From Octopus sinensis (lineage: Eukaryota), in contig NW_021834786.1 of NCBI RefSeq assembly GCF_006345805.1, positions 7,647 to 71,646 of the forward strand: a stretch of 64,000 nucleotides of DNA. Reading direction: 5' to 3'. Shown piece by piece: positions 1-11,523 of this stretch. The position numbers and the translations under genes are program-made. Each line of letters begins with the position of its first letter. The first letter of the stretch is position 1. The notes under the pieces are model-generated. The model had not been told where the DNA came from and did no database searches. It was given only the letters and a program-made list of their open reading frames with translations.

Positions 1-401
1 CTTTTTTACATAAGCAAAAGGTCACATCATTCGACGGACTCGTACTGGCGATCGTATTGGTTCCTTGAATTACTTTCCAAATGAAAAATAAAGTCAATAT
101 CGTCAAGACACAACTTTCAAAGGGAAAAGTAGATCTAAATAAATGTCACAAAACATCCTGTCTCTTTTACAATAAGCTAATATTCTTGTGTGAAAGTTTT
201 AGTTGTTCTACGGAGCAAAGTATTGCAGCAAAATGGGAATACATCTAGTGCTTAAATTACTATTAGTACCTGTCCAGAAATAGGTTGAGGGAAAGGTGTC
301 TGTCAAAGGTTGAGCTAAGTCAATAAAGGTAACAAACGTTTTTCCATTTGAAAATATTAAACGTCAGACTAACGAAGCGAATTCTTTTTTGTCTTTTTAA
401 G

Positions 402-500
402 TTTTCTTTCTCTCAGACGGAGATAGGAGCGATGTACTGCCTGCTCTGTATCAATTATAGCTTCGCATCCTTATTGAACGTCCGGATAGCGTATAAAGTA
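402..500 (+). CDS. Gene A (SLC18B1-like MFS transporter), internal exon, about TM8
   Basis: Branch-point-like ACTAAC at 368-373, aag| acceptor, |gtgagt donor; 99 nt, phase 0/0. Reads FSFSQTEIGAMYCLLCINYSFASLLNVRIAYKV, resembling the recalled SLC18B1 segment FNL..GYVGL.F....SY..SS.L. Confidence 0.75.
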
Positions 501-1803
501 GTGAGTATTCCTTTGTTCCATTGATGTTTCAAGATTTACTTCTGGATATACTTAAAACTTCTAGATATACTTAAAACTTGAAGATACTTCTTGAAAGTTA
601 AGTAGGTCGGTCGGGGCTACTATAAGTCACTGGTTCATATTTTGTCAGTGTCATGCTATGACTGTCTCCCTAGACATGACATTCAGGATACCCTAGTGTA
701 ATTCATATATCTATAAAAAGGGTCTATAGAAGGGCTTTTAGCACAGATATATGCTGCCCTAGCCCTAATGTATCAGCACTGGACAGTGTTACGTGCTGTC
801 CATAACAAAGCACTGAACGTTAGCTTATGCAGTCTGCTTTGTTGTACATAGTTAAGATAGGAAGATTATGCTTCACCTTGAGCCCTCTTGATGGAGTTGT
901 AGGGGTGTCGTTGTGGCACACCGGATATCTTTAACAATTTTAGTCTTGGTGAAGTCAATATTCTCCATGTCTGATCACAGATGATTCTTTCCAGAAAGGA
1001 GAACCACAGACAGAAAGTGCGAGGAAAAAAGCGATATCACTAATAGAATGATATTTTATTTATGGATTCTGAAAGAACTAAAGACAAAGTGGGTCTTGTT
1101 GAGATTTGTTGTTGCTGCTTAACACCAGATCAGTCTTGACCGAACTGGTCTATGGGGAAAAGTGCTTCAATCATGACCGTCCCGACTTTCTGTAGATCAT
1201 GAATTACGTTGTTCGATATAACATTTATTTTTTAAAAATTGGGTGTGATTTGAGGTAAATATGACTAGGATTTTCAACTTGAAAAAGTTCCTTAGTGACA
1301 CCAAGACCATCTGACATACATTGACATCACTTTACATATGGGGGAAATGTTATAGGCAGGGATACAGAAGGCAAACCAAACTGTAACCTCTCTTGCACTT
1401 GCACTTTCTATTTCAATCCTACAGAGATGGTTAGTTTAGGAGATGGTGTAAGGTATTAACTACTTCCATTTCGTTACTTCACAGAAGAGATTGATGTAAG
1501 AGGTGTAAGGTTTGAGTTACTCAAGGAAGGTGTGGTGTCATGAAAGGAATGGCTAGTAATGTTTCGGTTACATATGTAATTATTGAATATAAGTTCCTTT
1601 AAAATAAGGATTGTAATTAGCTAGATAACCCAGGAGGATTGGCGAACGTTATGCCAAAATTGATGGTTGTTAACGATCCAAAAGTCAGTTGCTTGAATAC
1701 CTATACCTAAGAATTGTACCACAGCTAGACCATGTATAATCTTGATATATTAATATATTTCAGAATATTGAATAGTTAATTAATATGTTTATTTTCCTTT
1801 CAG

Positions 1804-1898
1804 TCAGATTCGAAAAGTCTGCTCATTGTGTCAAATATTTTACTTGCTAGCGCATTATTGCTCTGCGGTCCATCGCCTTTCTTGGGAATAGAACATAA
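1804..1898 (+). CDS. Gene A exon (about TM9, GPSPFL motif)
   Basis: ttttcctttcag| and |gtaagt; 95 nt, phase 0/2. SDSKSLLIVSNILLASALLLCGPSPFLGIEH(K); GPxP after TM9 is typical of SLC18B1-type MFS proteins. Confidence 0.85.
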
Positions 1899-2101
1899 GT
1901 AAGTTGTCGATACTATTTTTTATGAAATTCTGATAATAAAAACATTAATGACTCGCAGAGGTACTGCTTCAAAATCTATCTCTCTGTAGTGTATCTATGT
2001 TTATTAGCTTGGCAATGTACATCTTCCTCTGTAATATGTGATCAAGAGGAATTCAACGAGCTATATCTATATGCATTGGTCTGTGTTCGTACTCATGTGC
2101 G

Positions 2102-2487
2102 GGCAGGATGGCGAATGCAATTTTGCCGAAGGACAAAAAGCCGAAACCAAGAAGCCGAACGGATACAATGTCGAACAAACATAAAGCCGAACGGGCACAA
2201 TGCCGAAGGGACGTAAGGCTGAACGGACACAATGCCGAAAGGGCATAAAGCCGAACGGACACAGTACCGAACGGACATGAAGCCGAACGAATACAAAAAA
2301 AACAAACAAAACATTCCTACCTACATAGTTTAATGACCAATTTATCAATTTGGGACTTAATATTTAACGAGGTTAAATTTTAATTTTTGTGTCTTTTTGG
2401 CATCTTGTCTGCTCGACATTATATCCGTTCGGCTTCTTGGCTTCGACTTCTTGTGCCTCAGCAAATGTGCATTCGGCATCCCATCCT
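2102..2487. mobile_element. Non-autonomous foldback/MITE-like element with subrepeated inverted arms
   Basis: 2102-2190 is the imperfect reverse complement of ~2395-2487. The left arm continues as ~16-17 bp tandem units (gccgaacggacacaat). No clear TSD. Confidence 0.6.
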
Positions 2488-2504
2488 TGTATCATTTGTG
2501 CGTA

Positions 2505-2746
2505 CATACGTACATACATACATAAATACACATATATATATATATATATATATACACATACATATATATATATGTATGTATGTATGTATGCATGCATGCA
2601 TGCATGCATGCATGCATGCATGCATGCATGCATGCATGCATGCATGCATGCATGCGTGTATGTATGTATGCATGTATGCTTGCATATATGTATCTGACTG
2701 TGTAGCTACCTGCGCATCTCTCTCCTCTCTCTCTCTCTCTCTCTCT
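2505..2746. repeat. Compound microsatellite (TACA/TA/ATGC/CT)
   Basis: Seen directly, including a long self-complementary (ATGC)n run at ~2588-2655. Confidence 0.95.
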
Positions 2747-3139
2747 TGGAATGATGTCATTAAAATTTACCTTAAACAATTAGTAATATAACAAAATACA
2801 TCAATGATACCACGTATAAATACGAAACAGAGTAAAGAAGTTGTCTTTAAAGTAGTTGTCCATAATTATTCACTTACTCTTTGAAATATTCGTGTCTCCT
2901 GTGTAGTTGATTTCCACAAACGGTTCATGATATTTGTATTCTGTCCTCGACAACTATGTGCTAGGGTCGAATATATAAACCACATTCTATTTCCACAAAC
3001 ATTTTTTTTTCACTGTCTGCCCATGTTAGTAACCATTACCGTTGTTGTTGTTGTTGTTGTTCTTCTTCTTCTTCTTCTTCTTCTTCTTCTTCTTTTTCTT
3101 CTTCAGGTCATGAATGTCGTGTAATGATCTAATGAATAC

Positions 3140-3540
3140 GATCACGAATACAAGTGGTCGAAATGGGACTCCTCCTGGGGATCTCTGGAGTAACGTTACT
3201 CGACAGGGTGCATAGCCTCGAGATCAGGAAACCTCTCCAGATCGAGTTACTCGTGTTCCACACTGAGAAGTCACAGGCTCGGTTCTACGGACATGTGATT
3301 AGAATGTTGCAGGAAAGATTTGTATGACGGATTCTTCAAGCCGAGCCAACCAGCAGGAGGCTTGGGGTAGGCCGAGAGCGAGATGGTTGTATAATATCCA
3401 TACTTTCAGTTGATCACGCTTGGGGATCCAGCCGCTAAGTCTAATGACGATTGCTTCTGATAAGACCTTATGGAGAAGGTGCGTGGGGACTTTAACCCCA
3501 TGATCTTCTCAGAAAAAAAGGGAGCCGAGAAGGGATGAAT
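3140..3540 (+). mobile_element. RTE-clade LINE 3' fragment, degenerate
   Basis: Translates to EMGLLLGISGVTLLDRVHS..ARFYGHVIRM..GRPRARWL..DKTLWRR, the typical RTE ORF C-terminus; contains stops and a frameshift. Confidence 0.8.
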
Positions 3541-4779
3541 TAATGTTTTTATTATACAATGCGACGTATGTAAGCGTTTTTTTAGAAAAAGAAAAAATTA
3601 TTTTAACACTTGAAATAGAGTTTTTACCCCAAAATACTCGCATTGAGATAAATTCCTAATGTTTGGACTTTCAAAAGAAAAGAAATAAGGTTTTTGTTTA
3701 TTTTTCAACAAGATTTCTTTTTTCTCGCGCTACTGACAGAAAAGAGTAAAAGGAAAATAGTCTTGAAAATTTTACACCATGTCTCCAAAAACAAAACTGA
3801 AAATGTACAAAACAATACATTGCACATACAGAATAGAAACCCTTCAGAATGCTGAATTAATTGAAGCGCAAAGTAGTAATTGTAGACACGAACTAAAAGA
3901 AAACAGATATGTTGACTCCACCGATTAGAATTTTTGCCAACAGCAACAAATACGTGCACTTAGGATGTAAACACGAATAAGTAAAACATGTCTTTTGCTT
4001 GTGTTCTTTTGAAGAGGAAACTTTTAGTATAGAACATTTTGTTGAAAGATTGAAAGCCTTCTAGTATTTTGTTCACCGAACTGTGGCAAGCCTTCCGCAA
4101 ATCCATGTCAGTGAGGTAGAAAGCAATGTATCTCTTACCAAAAATATAGTTGATTTTCTTGTCCTATTCAACTATGATTTGGAGGTAGCCTTGGCATATA
4201 TTTCATGTGAGCTAATATTCATTTTTAAAACAGAAGGGGTGATAGTACAAAACCAAATACAAAGCGACGCACCTGCCTATAAGCTGGAGAAACAAGAGTA
4301 GATTCAGTGTCAGGGTTATCGGTGAAATGTCACATCTGATTTAATAATCTGCTCAAATTGTGTCACATTCGCGGTACAATAAGAGCAGGTAGTCAGTGCA
4401 GATATGACATTCTGCGGTATGTGGTCAGGTTCCATCGCTGCGGAAATTCAACTCATTATGATCCAGCAAAACCACAAAACAATTTCAGAGCTGTGAAATG
4501 TACAAAGTGCTATGAAAACCTTAAAGCTCCGCATTCAAGGTAGATGACTTTGTGTTACAGGTATGGAAGCAAGACCCATTTGTCTGCACAGCAATCCAAA
4601 AGAACTGAAGTAAGAAGAACAACAAAACATGGAGATTGTTGGCCGAATGGATTCTCCGAATTTTCGGAATGAAGGAATAGGAAACCATGATGGTCTTCTG
4701 GATAAGCCCTCGGCCACTTAGACTACTGCCCCCAAGTATAAAATTATATACAAAGAAAATAACCTCAATGTAACCTGTC

Positions 4780-4909
4780 AGCTACTGAAAAAGGCTGAAA
4801 AAGTGAAGATTCTACTCCCTAGAACGAAAGCGGGAAGATATGCAGTGATATACATCTGAAAAATCCTGGAAGGACTTTTACCAAACTTTGGCATAGAAAA
4901 TTGCGCAAA
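4780..4909 (+). mobile_element. CR1/L2-group LINE C-terminal fragment
   Basis: FYSLERKRE/YAVIYI*KILEGLLPNFGIE matches the SLERRR..YIWKIL.G motif. Confidence 0.6.
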
Positions 4910-5257
4910 CACCACCGCTCATATCTCTCTGAGACATTTAGAAATTCAATATTTCTAATTTCGGTGACCAGTGAATAGATTTCACTGAAAATATATATAT
5001 TTGCGAAGCCTTGGCAGGCATCTCAACTAGCAGGACTGGCTACCCTGGACTGATGACGAGCAAAGACTCAGAAACATGCATGTCTCTAGGTGCTAGCTCT
5101 AGCTGGTGATGGTGCTTGCCTCCCCTTCGCAAATATAAGGACACAGGAAACGTGTCCCTGTAATTCCCTTTACGGGACTGTCACGTTATGTTGACAGTAT
5201 ACAACCACTCTATCGCTCATGTCTCTTTCAGACATTTAGAAATTCAATATTTCTAAT
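4910..5257 (+). mobile_element. Hammerhead-containing non-coding retroelement (retrozyme/Penelope-pLTR-like), copy 1
   Basis: Terminal direct repeat ctcat.tctct...gacatttagaaattcaatatttctaat ending at 4959 and 5257 (period 298); ends in (AT)n; homologous to 55695-57771. Confidence 0.75.
5044..5090 (+). ncRNA. Type I hammerhead ribozyme
   Basis: CCUGGA-CUGAUGA-c-GAG caaaga CUC-a-GAAAC-AUGCAU-GUC-UCUAGG: stem I, intact core, palindromic stem III/loop, GUC cleavage triplet; extra C/A at the base of stem II. Confidence 0.75.
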
Positions 5258-5272
5258 ATATATATACATACA

Positions 5273-5312
<40 letters not shown>

Positions 5313-5351
5313 TTAAATAAAATGAGACAACAAAGCCAAGGCTGTGTGGAA

Positions 5352-5400
5352 TTTTGTACAGCTGTATCTGGGATATTAGGGATATCCCTTCATCAGAGAA
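5352..5400 (-). ncRNA. Degenerate Penelope-type hammerhead motif
   Basis: Minus strand CUGAUGA-a-GGGAUAU cccua AUAUCCC-a-GAUAC-AGCU-GUA; GAAA is mutated and stem I is poor. Confidence 0.5.
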
Positions 5401-6017
5401 GATGTGAAAGGGCTAAATAGAGGCAAACAGTAGAGTTCAATATAAGGAGTTATTTTGAAAAAGGATAGAAATAAGAAGTATAAAAAGAAATAAGAGAATA
5501 ACAGTAAAAATAAAAATATATGTAGGATGCTATAGTTGCAGTTCCATTATCCAAAGAAAGCAGTGTGTAGAAATGGTAGAAATGCTTCTTGTTCGTGGTA
5601 TGTAAATTCCGATAAGAGTTCATATTTTGTTATTACAAATGGAAAGTGTAGAGACGAAGATTCCATGTGCTGCTCATTCAAAGGGGTCATGTGGTGTGAA
5701 TGAAATTTTGAGAAAGTAGTGATAGTATTCAGTAGATAGAGAGAAGAGAATATACATGTATGTTAAAATGAGGAGAATGGTCAAAAGGAATAGGTGAGGA
5801 AAGAAGAAAGAAAGAAAAGAAGAAAGAAGAAGATAAAATGAAAAAGGAATGTTTGATGGTGGTCAAGATATTATGAGGAGGTTGGAAGGGGAGTCGAAGA
5901 GGGATAGGAAGATATAAGAATGTAAGGATTGAATATGTGTGAGGAGTGGGAGGTGGGGTGATATGTTTGAAAGGCACTGAGATGGAGGGATGGGTACAGA
6001 AAACGGTACTGAATATA

Positions 6018-6200
6018 TAGAGCCGGGCGTAAGTCTGTTAATCTGTTAATCGTTAATTAACGAAGTTAACATTTTCGTCAACGACTTAAATTTAAAGGTA
6101 ACTTTGAAAATCGTTATTGGACTAATTAACTTCCGTTACATTTAGCTTCTGTTAAGTCCGTTAACGCAAAAATTTTATAAAAACCGGTGAACATTTAAAA
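6018..6200 (+). mobile_element. hAT-like DNA transposon terminus
   Basis: TAGAGCCGGGC start followed by dense gttaa/ttaac subterminal repeats; partner end not found. Confidence 0.4.
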
Positions 6201-7223
6201 GTTTCTATTATTTTCAGATTTTCATAGCACATTTAATATTGTACGCGTCATTCTTTCAACCCCAATATAATGCCACTTATTATTATAAATAACTCGTTTG
6301 GCCCTGCCTTGCTTTGAAACCAAATCCACCCGCTTGTTGCTTGCAAAGAGAGCGGAAAGTTTCTTTGTCCTGTCATGAGGGAAGAGTGATTGATGTGCTT
6401 CCACTTGATCCAGGACCTCGCTGAGGTGGATGTCAACAGAAAAAATATTGATTCCATAAAGTGGAAAAAATAAATGGAAGGAAAACTTTGGTAAATATTT
6501 TAGTATGAACGCAAACAGCTGTTACGTGGTAGCAGGGCATGCTAGAAATTGCAGCCAAACCTTTCCTTTCTTGGAAAAAGGAGCCGTTTACGCGTGATTT
6601 CGATGTCATATTCGTTGAAAGCATGCAAAATAACCTGAAAAATAAAAAAGACCCGCGAAACAAAACTCACTTGGTGGGAAACTTTGAGATCTTCGCCACC
6701 CCTCCCACCTTTTCCGGAAAAAAGTGACTTGCGACATGTTTGGAAGTCAGATACGTTGAATGCACCTGAAAAAACTGTGGAAAGAAATTATTCCACACAT
6801 AGGTACGAAATGTTTACCGAAAGAATAAAATCTTGTACTGATTATACCTATATTTAATTAAGTTCATCGTGAAAAGTGGCAAAATTCTTGCCGGATGCCA
6901 TCTGAGATAATTTTAGAAACAAATCAAACAAGTAAGATGCATTAAGAATTTCAATGTTATTGCTTTTACACCTGTTAATTAAAATTACCTGCGCATGAAA
7001 GTCAAATTTACGTAGTAATATCAGCTAAAATTACATAAATATAAACCAGTGGTATATAAAGCACCCACTGGAAAAATTTCAAATCTGTATGTAAAAAATT
7101 TACTGTTACAAGCAAATATTGTGGACACCCCTCTTGAACCTGAATAATTCAAAATAACGTGAATAAGCATTACATTTGACAGATTAATATAAGCACTAAA
7201 GATGCATTTTTTTCTTACACATA

Positions 7224-7627
7224 GGCGCAGGAGTGGCTGTGTGGTAGTAGCTTGCTAACCAACCGCATGGTTCCGGGTTCAGTCCCACTGCGTGGCATCT
7301 TGAGCAAGTGTCTTCTACTATAGCCTCAGGCCAACCAAAGCCTTGTGAGTGGATTTGGTAGACGGAAACTGAAAGAATCCCGTCGTATATATGTATATAT
7401 ATATATATGTGTGTGTTTGTGTGTCTGTGTTTGACCCCCTAGCATTGTTTGACAACCGATGCTGGTGTGTTTACGTCCCCGTCACTTAGCGGTTCAGCAA
7501 AAGAGACCGATAGAATAAGTACTGGGCTTAGAAAGAATAAGTCCCGGGGTCGATTTGCTCGACTAAAGGCGGTGCGCCAGCATGGCCGCAGTCAAATGAC
7601 TGAAACAAGTAAAAGAGTAAAAAGAGT
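7224..7627 (+). mobile_element. tRNA-derived SINE (octopus OK-like family), full length
   Basis: A box TGGCTGTGTGG, B box GGTTCAGTCCC, internal (TA/TG)n, tail gaaacaagtaaaagagtaaaaagag; several copies in the window. Confidence 0.85.
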
Positions 7628-7859
7628 ATACGCATAACATGGTCTCACTCGGTTGGGACTACACATGTGTTACTTTGACATCTTTCCATAAATTTTGTTT
7701 ATAGGGAGAAAAATATTGAAAATATCAATAGATGCGTGAGTGAGAAAGAAACGAGGAGGAAGGTTGTTCAGGAAGATATTGATCTTTTCCAGAGTACTTA
7801 GAGATTCTGTCCAGATTAAAAGCAGTCGTCATGTTATCTCTTTCATGCCTTTTCAATAT

Positions 7860-8030
7860 ACTTTCTAAATGCAGTGCTATAGCTTTCCTCTACATCGACT
7901 TCCTGTCCTATCTTTCCCAAACCTCAGAAACGAATTCATTTTTACTTCGTTTTGATGTAGTAAGCCTCTACAGAAATATTCCATATGATTTTGGAATAAA
8001 GACGATTATATACGGGCAGATAGAGAAGTA
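7860..8030 (+). mobile_element. Penelope-like RT fragment
   Basis: DFLSYL..FDVVSLYRNIPYDFGIKTI, matching the PLE RT motif FDV.SLY.NIP. Confidence 0.65.
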
Positions 8031-8105
8031 GTATATATATGCGCGCGCACACAACACACACATGTTCTAGTCTGTGTTAACATCCCCCTTTTTGCTTCAT
8101 TGCAG

Positions 8106-8201
8106 ATATATTTGGTTGGATATCGTTGGTATTATACTATTTGGGTATTTCTATAATCTGTCATCCGTGATAATATATAAGTTGCTTTGTGAGTATGTTT
8201 G
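8106..8201 (+). CDS. Gene A exon (about TM10)
   Basis: ttgcag| and |gtaagt; 96 nt, phase 2/2, in frame with both neighbours. (K)YIWLDIVGIILFGYFYNLSSVIIYKLLCEYV(C). Confidence 0.85.
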
Positions 8202-8265
8202 GTAAGTAAAATTATCTCCCTCCTCTTGCTTCTTTCTTTTTCTTTCCTTTTCTTTCTCCTTGTCA

Positions 8266-8332
<67 letters not shown>

Positions 8333-8403
8333 TATATATATACACGCACACATATATATATTTATACACACACATACACACACACACATATATATTTATA
8401 CAC

Positions 8404-9136
8404 ACACATGGAAGAAATACAAGCAAGCAAAATAATATTCTTAAGATTATAAAACTGGAAAAGTACAGGACAAGATATTACATCTGGTAAAGTACATAAC
8501 AAGAAAACTTTTACTTAAAATATTGCAGCTAAGGATAAAATTTGTATACTAAAGACTATTTAATTTTCATTTACAAAGTAACATTATAATTAAAAAAGGT
8601 ATCATCATTTTGTTAAAATATTGACACACTTGAATACTTAAAAGATAAGAGCCAAAAGTACAATTATAGCTAAAGTTTTATGCAAAGTAGAATAGTATAT
8701 ATGGTAGACAAATTCATTGAGTCAAGACTAAACATGGGAAGACGTGGTAATAACTTAGGCAACAACTCAAGCAAATTTTATTGTTATAGGTAGATTTTAC
8801 TGTAATATATAACCAATTTTTGTATTATTCTATTTATTGCGCTAATTATGTACTACTATATTTTATGGCCTATTTTCAAGTTTCTAATTATTAATTAATA
8901 AGTGCAAAAAATATTTTAAGTTATTTTTTTAATTTTTAATAGAAGTAGCAAGTAATTACAAATAGAGGTAGTGACTTGTAATAAAATTTTTAGTTTTAAT
9001 AAAAGCTAATATTTTCTAAATCTAAATATTTTATTTGAAATTTTATTATCAGCTGCAACATTTTCCGAGTGTAATAACTTGTCCTGTACTTTTCCAGTTT
9101 TATAATCTTAAGAATATTATTTCTCTTGCTCCATGT
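8404..9136. mobile_element. AT-rich non-autonomous TIR element (MITE), copy 1
   Basis: ~60 bp TIR: aataatattcttaagattataaaactggaaaagtacaggacaag and its reverse complement at ~9070-9130; homologous to 58930-59655. Confidence 0.75.
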
Positions 9137-9596
9137 AATCCATGTTTTTCCCAGTCTATGCTATTATGCTAATTAATAATGTGTCAACTAATAATATAAG
9201 ATTTTACCTTATTGAAAAGTGTCTATCATTTAAGTTTAATTAGAATTAGTTTATTTTTTGAAATAAAATTTTAATTATACTTAAATTCATTTTCTTTTTA
9301 CTTATATTTTTTCATGATATTTTACCTCACAACTTTTTTATACTAATTTTTGTTGCATGGGATCAAAACTATAACATTCCACATGCTTTCTTCTATCATT
9401 CAAGCTAAGATAAATGTATTTTGCTTTTAAAATAAAAAAAGTTATTTAGATCTAAACTTGATTAGAGGTGTTACATACAGGGACCAGTCCTCTTCAAAAA
9501 TGTTAACAGTTTTTAATTTGGTTTAGAACTGAATTAGCGACAAAGCTCTGAAAGATGGTGCGTGTGAATAAATTGCGGTCTTAAGCCGTAGTTGAA

Positions 9597-9721
<125 letters not shown>

Positions 9722-9743
9722 TGGATATATTGTATTTTGGAAC

Positions 9744-9949
9744 ACTCTTTTACTTGTTTCAGTCATTTGACTGTGGCCATCCAGGAGCATCGCCTTTAGT
9801 CGAGCAAGTCACCCCCAAGACTTATTCTTGTAAGCCTAGTACTTATTCTATCGGTCTCTTTTGCCGAACCGCTAAGTTACGGGAACGTAAACACACAAGC
9901 ATCGGTTGTCAAGCGATGTTGAGGGGACAAACACAGACACACAACATAT

Positions 9950-10022
<73 letters not shown>

Positions 10023-10198
10023 ATATACATATATACGACGGGCTTCTTTCAGTTTCCGTCTGCCAAATCCACTCATAAGGCTTTGGTTGGCCCGAGGCTA
10101 TAGTAGAAGACACTTGCCCAAAGTGCTACGTAGTGGTACTGAACCCGGAACCATGTGGCTGGTAAGCAAGCTACTTATCACACAGCCACTCCTGCGCC
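9744..10198 (-). mobile_element. tRNA-derived SINE (same family as 7224-7627)
   Basis: Reverse-complement match including the A and B boxes. Confidence 0.85.
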
Positions 10199-10706
10199 TT
10201 GGTAATTTTTGTTTTGCAAAATAAACACATGCACTATATTCGTCCTTCACTCGTTTATTGCTGTTCTTTTTCCATTGTCCGGAAATCTTTCGTCATACAT
10301 CTGTGACCACTTCAGCGACACTTTCCGTTTTCGTGTGTGCTCTTGCTCTACTTATTTCAGTCTCTTGTTCTATGATGTGTATCTTTATATGCACATGCGG
10401 TTGCTTCTGTGTTTGTGTATGTGTGTGTATGTGTGTGTATGTGTGTGTGCATGTGTATGTGCAAGTGCGTATGTGTATACAAGTGTGTCATTGTTCTTAG
10501 TGGAACAATGACCTTCCCCTCAACCCCTCTCCCCCGTTGTCACCCCTACAACTACTATCATTGTTAGTCGTGTTGCTGTTACTGCTATGGCCGTCTGTGA
10601 AGTTACTGTGTGTGTTTGTGTGTATATGGGTTCGTTTCCTATGTAGTTTGTATCCATGACCTTTAAAAAGATTTTTTTTATTTATCTCTGTTTCTTATAT
10701 TTATCA

Positions 10707-11284
10707 CAGGTATGTGATAAATATATTTATTTATTTCTATTTTTATTTATCTATCTCTATTTCTTATATGCATCATAGGTATGTGCATATATGTCTGCTG
10801 TGTGTTTATTATGTTGTTTGAATCTGTTTTATTTTTTATTAATTTATTTTTCTCTCTCTCTTTTCCTTCCTTCTGTCTTTAGTCGTTATATTGTGTGGTA
10901 TAGTGGTGGGTGTCCGTGCTCTACCAACATGCTCGAGCAGAACATAGAGGTTCGATTAATAGCATAGAGGTTAAGGAATTATCGATGCATAGAACTGACA
11001 CGACACTTAGACAGATCACAGAGGCTACTCACATAACAATAGACAGAAAGAGCCTCAACAGAAGACACGAATAGAAAAATAACATCCACCACAACACCAC
11101 ACAACATGACGACTAAAGACAGAAGGAAGGAGAAATGAGAGGGAAAAATAAATAAGCAAAAATAAAACAGATACAAACGGGGTAACACACACACAATAGA
11201 CATATTTGCACATACCTATGATACACATAAGAAATAGAGATAGATAAATAAAAATGAAAATAAATATATTTATCACATACCTAT
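10707..11284. repeat. Long imperfect inverted repeat (~205 bp arms, ~170 bp spacer)
   Basis: 10707-10913 is the reverse complement of 11082-11284 (e.g. ggtatgtgataaatatatttat / ataaatatatttatcacatacc; ccttctgtctttagtcg / cgactaaagacagaagg). Confidence 0.85.
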
Positions 11285-11523
11285 GTTAGTATAGGGTATT
11301 TCAATGAAAGAGGTATGTTCATAAGAGCTTTTTACAGTTGGAGAACCAAAACTTTCCCGAATTACTAGCATCCATTGGGCAGATACTTAACCCGTGTTTC
11401 AAAAGTGTAAAACAGATAAGTGATAAATGTCCTCCAGATAGAATACTGATTTATAGCTAATATTGTGCCATGCTAGGAACCGATCACAGAATCACAAATC
11501 AACAAATATTTTATCAATTCTGA

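Noticed and set aside
2130-2290. CRISPR-like short repeats (also 30701-30883, 35395-35470)
   Set aside because: Contiguous tandem units with no unique spacers, no cas genes, and a eukaryotic context.
2373-2791. Long ORFs such as MHACMHAC.. and YIYIYI.. (also near 8.2, 19, 22, 29, 36-38 and 58-60 kb)
   Set aside because: They are translations of stop-free microsatellites, not genes.
7449-7637. Recurrent peptide [27 protein letters not shown] as a gene family
   Set aside because: It is a reading frame of the abundant SINE.
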